From Perkinsela sp. CCAP 1560/9 (lineage: Eukaryota > Protista > Euglenozoa: Kinetoplastea): DNA of 64,000 nt. How positions within the stretch are numbered: position 1 is the first letter of the stretch; each line of letters opens with the position of its first letter. The position numbers and the translations under genes are program-made. The notes under the pieces are model-generated. The model was not told where the DNA came from. It saw only the letters and a list, made by a program, of their open reading frames with translations, and searched no databases. The stretch is taken from assembly GCA_965644495.1 (NCBI GenBank), contig CBFFSA010000001.1:1984001-2048000 (forward strand). Direction: 5' to 3'. Of this stretch, positions 1 through 11,104 are shown piece by piece.

Positions 1-133
1 AAAAAAACATTTGAAGTATATTTTTTTGGAAAACAAAGGGGGGAAAAAGGGGGAGATTCCACCGAAATATGAATATATGAACCCGAACAATGGTCTAATA
101 TGGATTTTAAAGAAATTCTAGTCCTTCACGACA

Positions 134-826
134 ATGAAGAGTTCTGTACAAGCTGCTGATGTCCCATCTCGACCGAGTAAGGTGCGAAACGCGGTCCTGC
201 CCCAAGAATATAATCTGTTTCGACTACTGAGTAATGCCAGTTTTGAAGAGGAATCATGGAGCGTGAAGACGCCTGCGTGTGAGTGGAAGTTAGTACAGTG
301 CAACCCCGAGGGACAGGTCACAAACCTCAATTGGCGCAAAGACACAAGTCGGTATGCGAAGGAAGAGGAAAATGTCCGCATAAAAGGTGTACTGCGATGG
401 GATTTTCTCCCCAATACGCTGCTCTCTTTTTCTGCTTCAAATCAAGCGTTTTTGGAGGGGCACGTAGACTTGTCGGTACTACCCGCGGGATTAAAAAACT
501 TTGATATTGGTACGAATCGATTCAATGGAGGGTTGGATTTAACGCATTTGCCATCTACTCTGGAAAAACTGGTTTTGAATTTCAATCTATTTGAAGGTGA
601 AGTTGACCTTACACATCTCCCCGACGGTTTGAGAATTCTCGACCTTGCGTACAATACTCTGCGTGGAGAACCTGATCTCACAAAGCTTCCGGAGTTTCTG
701 ACGTGGGCCAGACTACTTCACAACAATTTCGTCATACCTGACTTTGTTCCGGCATGTGTTCATATCAAGCCGCATGTGCCAAGGAGTACTCGCCATTGTG
801 GGTACAGCAGGTATAAGAAGAAGTAA
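134..826 (+). CDS. Leucine-rich repeat protein (dispersed LRR family)
   Basis: Repeated LxxLPxxLxxLxLxxNxFxGxxDL units (e.g. DLTHLPSTLEKLVLNFNLFEGEVDL) after a W-C-W-C cap; paralogs at 33074, 41007 and 54997. Confidence 0.85.
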   Translation: MKSSVQAADVPSRPSKVRNAVLPQEYNLFRLLSNASFEEESWSVKTPACEWKLVQCNPEGQVTNLNWRKDTSRYAKEEENVRIKGVLRWDFLPNTLLSFSASNQAFLEGHVDLSVLPAGLKNFDIGTNRFNGGLDLTHLPSTLEKLVLNFNLFEGEVDLTHLPDGLRILDLAYNTLRGEPDLTKLPEFLTWARLLHNNFVIPDFVPACVHIKPHVPRSTRHCGYSRYKKK

Positions 827-978
827 TAGGCATGTACCCGTGTGTATTGTGCTTGTACATTATACGTATTCGTACATTGTATACGTACTTGTATATTATA
901 AGTACGATTTATACATGTTCGTGTATAATTTATGCATGTATGTGTATGTTTACATGGGATTTGTATGTGTACATTGTA

Positions 979-2128
979 CAGTAACTAACAAAAGTGTTCA
1001 AATGTTTTCACAAATTTTAATGTTTTTATATTTTACAAAAGAGATGCAGAGGATAATGCAGTAGTATATTACAGTAGTGTAGGCTGGAGTAGTGCTTACA
1101 TTCCCACGTACTTAGACTTCATCAACGATCTTACAATAAAAAACTATGAAAGATATAATGCGATCCCAACACTTGAACACTTTTTTCACTTTTTTGAGAT
1201 TATTTTTTTTTGACCAAAACTTTGCCTTACTTCACCCTTACCAAACCAAAATGACCAAAACTTAATACTTCGTAAGTCCCCCCTTCGCCCTAATTACTGC
1301 CCTTAAACGACGGGGCATGCTGCGGACAAGAGGAAGACATGCACTCGGAGGAAGGCCTGCCCACGCTTTTTGGGCGCGTTCCCAAAGTTCCAACATTCCT
1401 ACGGGAGGATCTGGATGATCCGCAGTCGACTTTTTGAGCTCGCCCCATAGGTGCTCTATGGGATTTAAATCGGGAGACTGCGGGGGCCAGTCTAGGACAC
1501 ACAATTCTTGTAAACGAAGGAATTCCCGGGCCTTCTTACTCGTGTGCTTTGGATCATTATCTTGTTGGAAGATGATCCGGTCCTTCATGACTTCCAACTT
1601 GTGGAGGGAAGGAGACAAATTCTGTTGAAGTATTTGAACGTACTGTTCAGCATTCATGTTGCCATGAACCAGAGCAATGGAGCCCACGCCGTGAGCCATC
1701 ATACACCCCCATACCATGATGGATCCCCCACCGTACTTCACGGTGCTGTGTGTATTTCGCTCTGAAAGTGCTTCCCCAAAGCTCACCCACGCCCACCGGC
1801 TGCCATTCGACTCGAAACGGCAGATCTTACTTTCATCAGTGAAAAGCACATGGCTCCAGTCGGCGTTCGTCCAATGCTCATACTTCTTTGCAAAGGCAAG
1901 ACGTAGAGCTTTGTGACGCTTCGTAAGGTGGGGTTTCCGTAATTTCTTCTTCCCCTTCAAACCACGCTTCCGAAGGGAAACCCGAATGGTTTGGGGCGAA
2001 ACATCTGCAACCCCCTCATCTCTCAACCTTTTACTGGTCGCGACTGCATCCTTAGTTGCACCGCTGGTGATGAGGCGGCGGACGCGATTGGAGCATGTCT
2101 CTGTAAGCTTGCGAGGGCGACCTGTTTT
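979..2128 (-). mobile_element. Tc1-family DNA transposon, copy 1 (right end lost in the N gap)
   Basis: TA at 977-978, then TIR CAGTAACTAACAAAAGTGTTC...; near-identical to copy 2 at 33577-35642. Confidence 0.92.
1262..2128 (-). CDS. Tc1 transposase, DD34E (N-terminus in the gap)
   Basis: GRPRK motif, second HTH, FTDES, QQDND-(34 aa)-NPIEH, C-terminal AKGGLTKY; no stops in the visible part. Confidence 0.93.
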   Translation of the reverse strand, partial: KTGRPRKLTETCSNRVRRLITSGATKDAVATSKRLRDEGVADVSPQTIRVSLRKRGLKGKKKLRKPHLTKRHKALRLAFAKKYEHWTNADWSHVLFTDESKICRFESNGSRWAWVSFGEALSERNTHSTVKYGGGSIMVWGCMMAHGVGSIALVHGNMNAEQYVQILQQNLSPSLHKLEVMKDRIIFQQDNDPKHTSKKAREFLRLQELCVLDWPPQSPDLNPIEHLWGELKKSTADHPDPPVGMLELWERAQKAWAGLPPSACLPLVRSMPRRLRAVIRAKGGLTKY

Positions 2129-2328
2129 NNNNNNNNNNNNNNNNNNNNNNNNNNNNNNNNNNNNNNNNNNNNNNNNNNNNNNNNNNNNNNNNNNNNNNNN
2201 NNNNNNNNNNNNNNNNNNNNNNNNNNNNNNNNNNNNNNNNNNNNNNNNNNNNNNNNNNNNNNNNNNNNNNNNNNNNNNNNNNNNNNNNNNNNNNNNNNNN
2301 NNNNNNNNNNNNNNNNNNNNNNNNNNNN
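2129..2328. other. Scaffold gap (200 N)
   Basis: Run of n; true length unknown. Confidence 0.99.
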
Positions 2329-3698
2329 TTATCCTCTCCAGCAGTCGGTTTTGGTTCAACTACAGACACACCGCTAACGCGCTCACCTTCCACCGTCTCC
2401 TCACCCAGCAAGGCGTCCCGTCCTCCCACATCCTGCTCCTCCTCGCGGACCCCCTCGCCTGTAACTCACGCAACCCCTACCCTGGCACCATCTACGCCCA
2501 CCCGTCTCTCACCGACAACCTCTTCGCTCCCCCCCACCCCTGTGGAACACAACCCCCAATGTCTCTTCTCTCCCACAAAGGGTACGACGTCACCCCGGAG
2601 TCTCTGTTTCGTGCCCTCCAAGGGCGACCGTTCTCTCCTCGTGCCTCCTCCTCCTCCCCCTCATCTCCTGCTTCCTCTTCTCCTACGAAGACCGAAAAAG
2701 GAAGAAACGCTTCGGCTTCGTCTTCTTTTTTTTCTCTTTTCCCTTTTTCGCTTTTTTCTTCCTCTTCACCCTCTCCCCATAAGAATACAAAAGCAACGCG
2801 TAAGAAACGAAGAAGAAGAGACAATGAAAAAGAAGAAGAAAAACAAGAAGAAGAAGGAAAAAAAGAAAAAGAAGAAAAACAAGAAGAAGAAAAAGAAGAA
2901 GAAGAAGAAGAAGAAAAACAAGAAGAAAAAGAAGAAGAAGAAGAAAAACCAGAAGAAAATGAAAAAGAAGAAAACACACGTTATTTTTCCTCTTCTTCCC
3001 CTAAACACAGAAATACGAAAGACCACGACCACGAGACCCCCCCCTTCACCCCCCCCTCCCCCTTCACCCCCCCTCCCCACGCCCACCTCCTGCTCTACCT
3101 CACCGGCCACGGCGCCCGCGGGCTCCTCAAGTTCCACGACGCCCGCGAGATGCCCTACGCCGCCCTCGCCGCGGAGGTCCACCGGCTGTTCCTCCGGGTG
3201 CGGTTCGCGCGGCTGCTGGTGCTCGCGGAGACCTGCGAGGGGGCGTCGCTGTGCGCCGCGCTGCACACCCCGGGGGTCGTGTGCGTGGCCGCGAGCGACG
3301 TCGGGGAGCCCTCCAGGTCGTGGGCCCGGGACCCGCGGGTGGGGCAGCCCGTGGTGGACCGGTTCGCCAGGAGCACGGAGAGGGGGGTGGGGGCGGGGAG
3401 GGCGGAGAGGGAGAGAGAGAAAACAGAAAAGGGGGGAGGGAAGGAAGCGGGGTGTGGCCCTCCGATGTTGCGGAGGTTGATGCGACATTGGAGGGAGGGG
3501 AGGGGGGAGATACGCTCGACGGTGCGGGTGTATGTGTCGGGGAGGGAAGGGGAGGGGGAAGGGGGGAAGGTGGTGAAAATGTACCCTGTGGAGTCGTTTT
3601 CGGGGGAGGAAGAGGAGGGGTTGGATGGTTTGTTGGAGAGTATATGGGATGTGGAGGAGGAGACGGTGTCGTTTCCGGATTTGCAGGACGTGGAGTGA
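2329..3698 (+). CDS. GPI8: GPI-anchor transamidase catalytic subunit (peptidase C13); 5' end in the gap
   Basis: SSRFWFNYRHTANAL, ACNSRNPYPG, YLTGHG (His), ETCEG (Cys), VVDRF; about 145-aa low-complexity insert; no C-terminal TM segment, as in trypanosomatid GPI8. Confidence 0.9.
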
Positions 3699-4144
3699 GG
3701 TCTTTTTTTCCTGGAGGCGCGTAACGTGTATCCCTTTTTTACCATAAAGGAGAGTATATCAGAACGATGCGTGAGAGAAAATTTGTCTTCCCCTACAAGC
3801 TTCAAAGGTGATACATGCTGACGGTTTGTCCATGAATTAGGAGAACAGCGAGAAACGACCCTTCGGTCTGTCTTCTTAGGCTTGCTGATCTGCACGACGT
3901 AGAAAATTACTCCAGTAGAAAGGTGTAAGGGAAACGTTGTGTGCAGACGCCCATCGTACTGCACACGAAATATGCGCGGGGTGAATGGGATTGGGTTCAC
4001 GGAGCTTCAGCGATAATGCTTTTTTCACCATCGAATTTCTTTCTCCTTGGAGGACTTTAATATGGATATACCCAGAAGAAGATTTGTGAATACGAATGTA
4101 CTCTAAACGTATTTATTTTTCCTTTTTTGCACTTTTTCCGCATA

Positions 4145-4810
4145 ATGGCCGTCACCCCATGGCTCGGGCCTCTGTGCTCTCCCGCAGAGGTAGAAACCTA
4201 TCTTAATGACGGGGACCCTAACTCCTCTCCCCCTATGTCCTGTCTCACCTGGATCAAATGGCTGCGTGAGGCCGAAGATGACGAAGACACCCGCATTCAG
4301 TGGGACCGACTTTTTGCAGAGCTCAATTGGATTCGACACGAAAAACAGCAACGGCAGAACCGTGCAAACCATAAAAGTACAGCAAAAGATTCAATTCCAT
4401 TGGGTTCAGAGACACCTCTTGTTCCACCTCCACCCGTTGATGTCTCTAGTTCGGAAAAGAATCCCATTTCCGGTCCAACCTCAAACGAGGAACCGCGGGG
4501 CAAGAAGCGGCCTGCGGCTTCTACAGTTCCGGATAAGGTGGAGCCCATACCTGAACCAGTGGCAATGCAACACCCGCCTCATACCACTGGTTCATGCACG
4601 GCTGATTCGCTGCCGCAAAGCTCTGAGATCACACAAGGGCCGCCGTCAGAGGAGAGGAAGCCTTTGCCGGAGGAAAGTTTGGTGGGGAAGGAAACTATAG
4701 TCTATGCGGAAACTGCCAGAGCGGGAACCAACGTGACAGTCCCACGTCCAGCGCCTTCTCGAGCCGTTCGTATGAAGTTACGGACGAAGCCCCCACGAAC
4801 AGTGAAGTAG
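4145..4810 (+). CDS. Hypothetical protein with Pro/Ser/Glu-rich tail
   Basis: ORF on the cluster strand; ATG 4145 follows a pyrimidine tract. Confidence 0.5.
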   Translation: MAVTPWLGPLCSPAEVETYLNDGDPNSSPPMSCLTWIKWLREAEDDEDTRIQWDRLFAELNWIRHEKQQRQNRANHKSTAKDSIPLGSETPLVPPPPVDVSSSEKNPISGPTSNEEPRGKKRPAASTVPDKVEPIPEPVAMQHPPHTTGSCTADSLPQSSEITQGPPSEERKPLPEESLVGKETIVYAETARAGTNVTVPRPAPSRAVRMKLRTKPPRTVK

Positions 4811-5439
4811 GGAAGGTTAAACGGTTCGTTCGTTAGGAGAGAAAGAAATATTGGCGTTGCGGGAGGTGTGTGGATAGGATGAAACCCTGTAGATGGTTAG
4901 GTTTCGGATGTGAGGTACGTAGTGATACACAAAGGACTTGTAAAATAAGTTTCTTCCTCTTTACTAAATACATACAAATATACACATACATATAATGTAT
5001 GTGGACTTTCGATTAGATGTTTTAGTGCACTCCGTTTTGGCTACCACTCAGAATTAGAAAGTCGTCATGACGTCAACAGTCTTTAGCACAACGATGGGCC
5101 GGATTGAACGAATAATGTACGAATTTTCTTCTTCGTAATTTTTTATAAAACTTTTCCATAATGCAGCCTTTTGGCTTCCTTCATTAACGATTGGGGGCTG
5201 CATAATAGGTAGTAATATAGTGCGCGCAATACATGCGCAGATCGTCTAAAACTCGCTTCTGTGTACTTGTCCCATTCACCTGCAGATATCCGTTGCACTT
5301 TTCTGCTAGGGTGCGTAGACGCTCTTGGGTCAATTCCTAAAAGCAATTTGCACCAATTCACCGATAGGGTGTTGTACTCAGAAGGAAATGTAAGAGTGTC
5401 TTCCTCACGTTCTTTGCGCGCCTTGTGTCGGTTAGGTTC

Positions 5440-6210
5440 TGCGGATCATTAAAAAAGACTCGCACCATACCCTCAAGTAGGTCGTCAGAAAGATGTCTCT
5501 TCTTGTTTTCTATGTGCAGCATGTGACCAAATTCGCGTTCCGTGTGTGTTTCGGAAAAGTGAATCCGGTTTATTGCTTGTCTAAACACTCGGATGTGCTT
5601 GTATTTTTGAGAAATAGAACTTCGCCAATAGCTCTCCACAACTTGTCGCTATGCATCATCAACCAGGCGATCAAATTCCGACTCCAACACTTCTCGTGAC
5701 ACATTATTTTCGAAGATACGCGTTACCCTACTCTTTTTACCGTAATCTTTTGGCATTGCGTCTACGACAATTTTTTCATGTGTTTCACTATTGTATTAGA
5801 AGGGAAATCCGCCTCTGGGATTACACGTGTATTCAAGTATGTTTGACTCAAGGAAGCCTCAGCAACTGTCCCAGTTACCTCCACCACCTCATTATTTCTC
5901 TCAAGCGATCGCTTACGCACCGGTTGTTCATGGCGTCGAATAATATTCGCTCTCGCGGCAACAAACTCTTCTTTGTGGGCAGTAGTTGACATAACGTCCT
6001 TCCAGTTGCCGTGCATCGATTTCATGTGTTCGATAAGAACAGAATGAGATCGTTCTGCAGACTTCTTCGCTTTGTAGCCATATTTTTCATTGGCTCTTGG
6101 GCACTTCGTACACAACCAATAAATAGCATTCCCAGGGTCCCGCACAAATCACCACTCCATTAACTGATCACCATTGCTTTTTGACCACCAATGCTTTTTG
6201 GCATGTGAAA
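5440..6210 (-). pseudogene. hAT transposase relic: BED zinc finger plus C-terminal dimerisation domain, catalytic core absent
   Basis: YWLCTKC...LIEHMKSMH (BED-like) in 5762-6145; in another frame LESEFDRLVDDA*RQVVESYWRSSISQKYKHI...SETHTEREFGHM...KKRHLSDDLLEGMV matches the hATC pattern; stop and frameshift. Confidence 0.7.
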
Positions 6211-6846
6211 AGATTGAAATTAAAATGACTGAAAATATGAACCGTGATCCCTAAAAAAGTTTGATTATCAGTAGTAAGAAAAGTGTGTTGTGTGGGGGGG
6301 GGTTATTATTTCTATAAAAACGGGATGTCGGCTCTATTTGCTGCTTACTCCACCTTTTTCCCGTAATCAATCTTCAATTGATCGTTTCCTTCCAGTACCG
6401 GCCGTACTCCCGCCCGAACTTATTCTTATACCGCAGGTAATGGAGGGTCTCGAAAGCAGGCTCAACCGAAATGGCGGACTTCAGGGCTTTCGCTCCGATT
6501 GCGGGACTAATTCGATTTTTTACAGGAACGCGCGGTGGCAGACGAGGGACCTGGTTTGGTTCAAGAGATTCCTCGGCAATGCTCAGTTGTGATACATGTG
6601 AAGTGATGGCTGATGCATCCACCATTGACTCCGTGATAACGCTTGAGGAGCGTCTGAGCTCGGCTCTGGATTCTATGGGATCCCAACATTGTCGGTTTCG
6701 TGACTGCCGAAAGAGCCTCGCGTAGCAAAAGCAGTTGTGTCAACCCTATTTCATAAATAATTATAATTCTTTATTTGATCGAGGGGGATGATACTGAAAC
6801 AATTTCCCAAAGCCAAGTTGGGTAAATTTGTGCCAATTTTCTTTTT

Positions 6847-7077
6847 TTAGTTTATCTTCCGATAAACTCTACGTGCCGTGCTTACCTCGACCTTGTAATC
6901 TCGGGCGGCGGCGCTTACAGACTTGCCAGCATCCATACTGGCACATAGGTTATTTTTTAGTTGTATGGTAAGATCTACTCGAACCTTCTGCGGCTGCTCA
7001 GCGAGCTGGTAAGATGCATTTAATATTAGTGCGGTGGATGAAGTAGATGAAGTATCATCGGGAAAGGGCAGTTTCAT
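6847..7077 (-). pseudogene. pogo/Tigger-like HTH_psq (CENP-B N-terminal) fragment
   Basis: RVDLTIQLKNNLCASMDAGKSVSAAARDYKVEVSTARRVYRK fits the psq HTH spacing; no DDE domain follows. Confidence 0.6.
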
Positions 7078-7479
7078 GTGGCAACGGTGAGGATAGAGTC
7101 AGTTGGCTCGCGTTAAAGAATAGAAGTGGTTGGGCCATCGGGTATTAAACGAATATTGAAATCAATGAAACTCTACAATTTCTGACCTGGGTTAGTTATC
7201 ATCACAGAGTAGGGATGGGGGGGAATCTGATACCTCCCTTACTTCGCCGCAGACGGAGTGGCTAAGTGTGGTGAAGTAAGGGGGGGGAGTAAGGGGGGGT
7301 AACGGTACGCTCTTTAAGAAGACGATGTGTACCCATCTAGGCTCAAAAACATGCAAAAAGAGCCCATGATTAACACTTATCCCCAACCGAGCCATCACCC
7401 CCTCCACCTCATACCATCTCTGATTCCTGGCGCAGTTTTCTTGGGCCATCTTTTGGGGCGATGTAAAATTGTAAAGACC

Positions 7480-7700
7480 CGTACACACCGCACTCGAATA
7501 ATTTCTGATCGGTCCAAGAGGAATGCGCTTCAACTTGTGTGCCTCAGTTAGGTTACAGCTGGGCCCCTTGGATAACCTGCTGCATCCTTCATTGTTTAAA
7601 ATGCTCGTCACTTTATTAAGAGAACAAGTGCGCCCCTTGTTTTTAACCATTTTATGCACCCAAGAATACGTGGGGCATCCATCAGGGCTCTCATTCTCTT
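7480..7700 (-). pseudogene. Degraded Tc1/IS630-like transposase fragment
   Basis: SILNNEG...KGPSCNLTEAHKLKR resembles the KKPxLTxxHKxxRL linker of Tc1 transposases. Confidence 0.4.
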
Positions 7701-8009
7701 CGTTACCTATGTTTTTTACTGGGGAGATAAATCTTTTTTATGTTTTTTTTCTTTATGGTGATTTTAGAGGGGACAAATCTTTTTCTTTCCACAAGTTGAT
7801 AAATTTTCGTGCTGTGCGGCGGTCACGCCCAAAAGTCGACGCTAATTTGTGAATCGACGTACCGCTTTTCTATTGTTTAATTATTTGCAGTCTCTCAAAC
7901 AGAGGGACAGAGAAAGTAGTTTTATGTGATATGGGGGGGTGTCTTATCTTTCGCCGCTCCATCCCTCAACGTATTCACCACACTTGGGGTTGCTTCGTCT
8001 TGTTTTCCT

Positions 8010-8216
8010 AACGAAAAACAATGGATGTGTTCCAGAAAATGAGTCCAGGGGTCCCCACAAAAAACGTGCGGCAAAGCACTTCGCCAGGGGAACGAGCTCT
8101 ATCCAATGCTGAAAAAGGAGAAAATTCACGTAGTCTTTTTAGATATCAAAAAAAATGAGAAAAAACGGACAAAAAAAGTCAAATTTCTGCGGGGGGGAGA
8201 TATCTTGAAACCACTG
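8010..8216. mobile_element. MITE family A, partial copy (one end only)
   Basis: Ends ...GGGGAGATATCTTGAAACCACTG|TA, like 34030; the internal part aligns to 38067-38428. Confidence 0.8.
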
Positions 8217-8364
8217 TAAGTACGGGGGTGAATTTACTATCTTTTCCTAGAACTTACAAACAAGTAGGGAGATAGTACCTAAAACATTTATAGCATCTAA
8301 AAAAACTTCCCTCTTCCCCCTTCTTCCCTCTTATCTACCTCTCCAACCCCCCCCCGCCTTCCCC

Positions 8365-9304
8365 ATGTTCCCCCTCCGCTACCGTCACCCCGACCACCCC
8401 GGTCTCCACCCCCTCCCCCTCCCCCCCCTCCACCCCCCTCTCCACCCTCCACGCCACCCTCTCCACCCGCGCCAGCATCCCCCTCCACGACCTCCAACTC
8501 CTCTACGGTTTCCCCCCCACCCCCCTCTCCCCCTCCCTCCCCCCCTCCACCCCCCTCGACCGCTCCCCCCTCCCCCCCTCCGGCACCACCCTCACCCTAC
8601 GTCGTCTCTCCCGTGCCCCTCGAGCGACCCAACCCACGGGCCCCTCCCCCTGCGGTACCCCCTATCTCCCCCCCTGCGGCCCCACACGCCTTCCCGTGGT
8701 CCGACACGTCCCCCCCGACCACTCCTGTCTCTTCCACGCGATGGCCTACGTGCTCCACCGTAGCCGCCGTCGTCGTGACCCGGCGGGGATGCGATCACAG
8801 GTCGCCGCTGTGATCGAAGCCAACCCCCGGGAGTTTCATCAAGGGGTGCTGGGGAGGGGGAATGGGGAATATGTGGCGTGGATACAGGGGAGGGGGGCGT
8901 GGGGAGGGGGGGTGGAGGTGGAGGTGCTGGGGGTGTTGTATGGGGTGGAGGTGGTGGTGGTGGTGGTGGAGGAGGACGGGGAGATAGGGGGGACAGAGGA
9001 GATCAAGGGGACAGAGGAGATCAAGGGGACAGGGGAGATCAAGGGGACGGTGGTCCGGTTTTGTCAAAACCGGGGGTACAATACCCGGGTTTTTTTAAAA
9101 TTGGAAAAAGGGCATTATGATGCGTTAGCAATGGCGGTGGGGGGGGGAGGGGAGGAAAGGGATGACCAGGTGGTGTTTAGTGTAACGGACGAGGAGGTGA
9201 TGAGGAAGATGAGGGGGTTGGTGGGATTGGGGCGTGAAGGAGAGGGCGGGAGGAAAAGAGGGAGGGTGGAGTGGGGGAGAGGAGTGAGGGTGGGGAGTGG
9301 GTGA
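8365..9304 (+). CDS. OTU1: OTU1/YOD1-like deubiquitinase (UBX-like plus OTU domain); one frameshift in the C8 run at 8421-8428
   Basis: MFPLRYRHP in frame 1; from about 8432 frame 2 reads TPLSTLHATL...LLYGFPP and is open into VPPDHSCLF (Cys), AWGGGVE and GHYD (His). Confidence 0.8.
8988..9047 (+). repeat. 18-bp tandem repeat x3 (GTEEIK) inside OTU1
   Basis: ggggacagaggagatcaa units. Confidence 0.9.
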
Positions 9305-9492
9305 AGCGATTAGTTGCGTTCAACACCCCCCACCTGTATGTGAGTAAGATAGTTCTGTACATGAAGAAACCGTGATGGAGGGTAATTGGTATGCAATTTT
9401 TTGTGTTATCATTGTAACCTACATCCTTTCCTGTTTCTTTTCTTCCGACACCCCATAAAAGTACATGTCTGATCTACGCAACACCGTCTAAA

Positions 9493-10854
9493 ATGGAAAA
9501 ACTTCACTCTGAGTATGAAACCGGCACGTTCTGCGTCGAGCTCGCCATTCTAAGCCTACATTGTGCTTCGCTGCAGCGCAACAAGGTATACCGTGTGTGC
9601 TGGGTGCGTGGCTCCAACGGGGGCAAGACCCCATATATCGAGTGCATGGACCGTGGCGTGCTACAACTCTCTCCTACCCCCTTGTTCCGCTTCACTACAC
9701 ATCTCAAAAACGCCCCCAAACAGCTCAAATTTAAAATCGAGGAATATCTCTCCCCCAAAGATACAGAAAAGCCCGCCAGAGTCTATGTGGTGCAGTATAA
9801 CTTGCAGAATGCTCACCCTCGGGCACAGCGCCCAACCCACCCCAACGTCGCGGAGCTACGGTTCTACATGGGAGCCTCCGATGCCGTGCTGCGGTTTTAC
9901 TGTCTGTTGTACCGAGAGAAGCACGGCCGTCCCCCACAGCGGCTGTTTACGGACTCTGGAAACGGCGTAGAGACTCAGCGCAATCAGGGGAGTCGTTCTC
10001 CAATTTCTCCGGAACAAGAATTGCCGCAAACAAATTACAACGGGGGTCGTTCAGAGGGTTCGCCAAACAACCATGTGGAAAATTTATCGCGTCGATTGGA
10101 TCATCTGCAGCACGCGTTTGCGGAACTGCGTCAGGAGGTTCGTGGGTTGAAATCGGAGCTGGAAGTTCTTCGCGGCGGGAGAGCGCAGGGTCCAGTAGTC
10201 TTAGAAAAAATGAGTGACCTGGCCACTTCGCAAGCTCCGTTTGGTGTGACATCCAAGAAAACAGAGGTAATGTCGGGGAATACGGCCACTCAACAAAGTA
10301 ATACAAAACCCGTTGTCGAAGGCCGGTGGCGTTCCTTGTCCTTTGGGGAGCCCAGCAAGAGCATGTCAAGCATACCGAGTAATCTGAGCTTTAGCTCGAC
10401 TCACACCGCACCGCCGAAAACGTCGTTCGACCTTGTTGACGCGGACGAGTTCAAGTTTGGTAGCTCAGATGAGTCCTCTGAAAATGGAGACAAACCAAAT
10501 AGCAGAGCAGGATCCGTTGAGCGGATGGTTGGGTCGGATAACACGTTCACAATACAGCCTGCTAAGGAGATCAAAACTAGTGAAATTTTAGCTACATCGA
10601 AATCATACGATACAGAGAGCTCCAAACTGCAGCAGAGGGAAGCCAGCGACAGCAACATCAATCTTCATGAAGATATGTTTTCATCGTTGGCCTCACTTGC
10701 AGTGAATGTTCAAAGTGTTTCACGGACGTCGAAGCCGAATTCGGAGGGTGATCAAGCACCAACAGTTGGAAAGAGCAGCTCCGGACTTTCGAAGCAGAAC
10801 GGCACGGAACAGAAAAGCCCGCAGGATTGGGCTCGTTTTCTTGACTCTGTGTAG
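9493..10854 (+). CDS. NT-C2 (EEIG1/EHBP1-like) domain protein with coiled coil and Ser-rich tail
   Basis: YRVCWVRGS..GKT, FTTHL, KQLKFKIEE beta pattern; heptad region LSRRLDHLQHAFAELRQEVRGL. Confidence 0.55.
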   Translation: MEKLHSEYETGTFCVELAILSLHCASLQRNKVYRVCWVRGSNGGKTPYIECMDRGVLQLSPTPLFRFTTHLKNAPKQLKFKIEEYLSPKDTEKPARVYVVQYNLQNAHPRAQRPTHPNVAELRFYMGASDAVLRFYCLLYREKHGRPPQRLFTDSGNGVETQRNQGSRSPISPEQELPQTNYNGGRSEGSPNNHVENLSRRLDHLQHAFAELRQEVRGLKSELEVLRGGRAQGPVVLEKMSDLATSQAPFGVTSKKTEVMSGNTATQQSNTKPVVEGRWRSLSFGEPSKSMSSIPSNLSFSSTHTAPPKTSFDLVDADEFKFGSSDESSENGDKPNSRAGSVERMVGSDNTFTIQPAKEIKTSEILATSKSYDTESSKLQQREASDSNINLHEDMFSSLASLAVNVQSVSRTSKPNSEGDQAPTVGKSSSGLSKQNGTEQKSPQDWARFLDSV

Positions 10855-11104
10855 ATCACCAGCCAATACTGCCTGTGAGAATCTTGAGAAAATGCTCATC
10901 TACAGAGTTGAGTCTATACATTGTCATACATTGTAGTTCCTCTTATGCAACACAAATCCAAAGACCATAGCACGTAATTCATGTCCTTTTTCGTTATGAT
11001 CATGCTTTTTTATGGCTAGGTATGATTTTGCGATTCATCTCCATTATCGATCCTCACATTTTTTTTCTTATCTTGACCCCTACCTCCTTATTTCCCACCT
11101 CCCC

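Noticed and set aside
830-978. ORF 744-1064 and the TA/CA-rich tract
   Set aside because: Low-complexity alternating sequence next to the Tc1 insertion; the product is not protein-like.
1262-3698. ORFs 1986-3698 (+) and 1262-2359 (-) suggesting a transposase/GPI8 overlap or fusion
   Set aside because: Both read through the 200-N gap. The TTATCCTCT after the gap matches the Tc1 TIR for 9 nt but also encodes the conserved ILSS of GPI8.
8310-9303. Skew islands as true inverted repeats or foldback elements
   Set aside because: The arms are complementary only in composition, encode different conserved protein parts, and have no TSDs.
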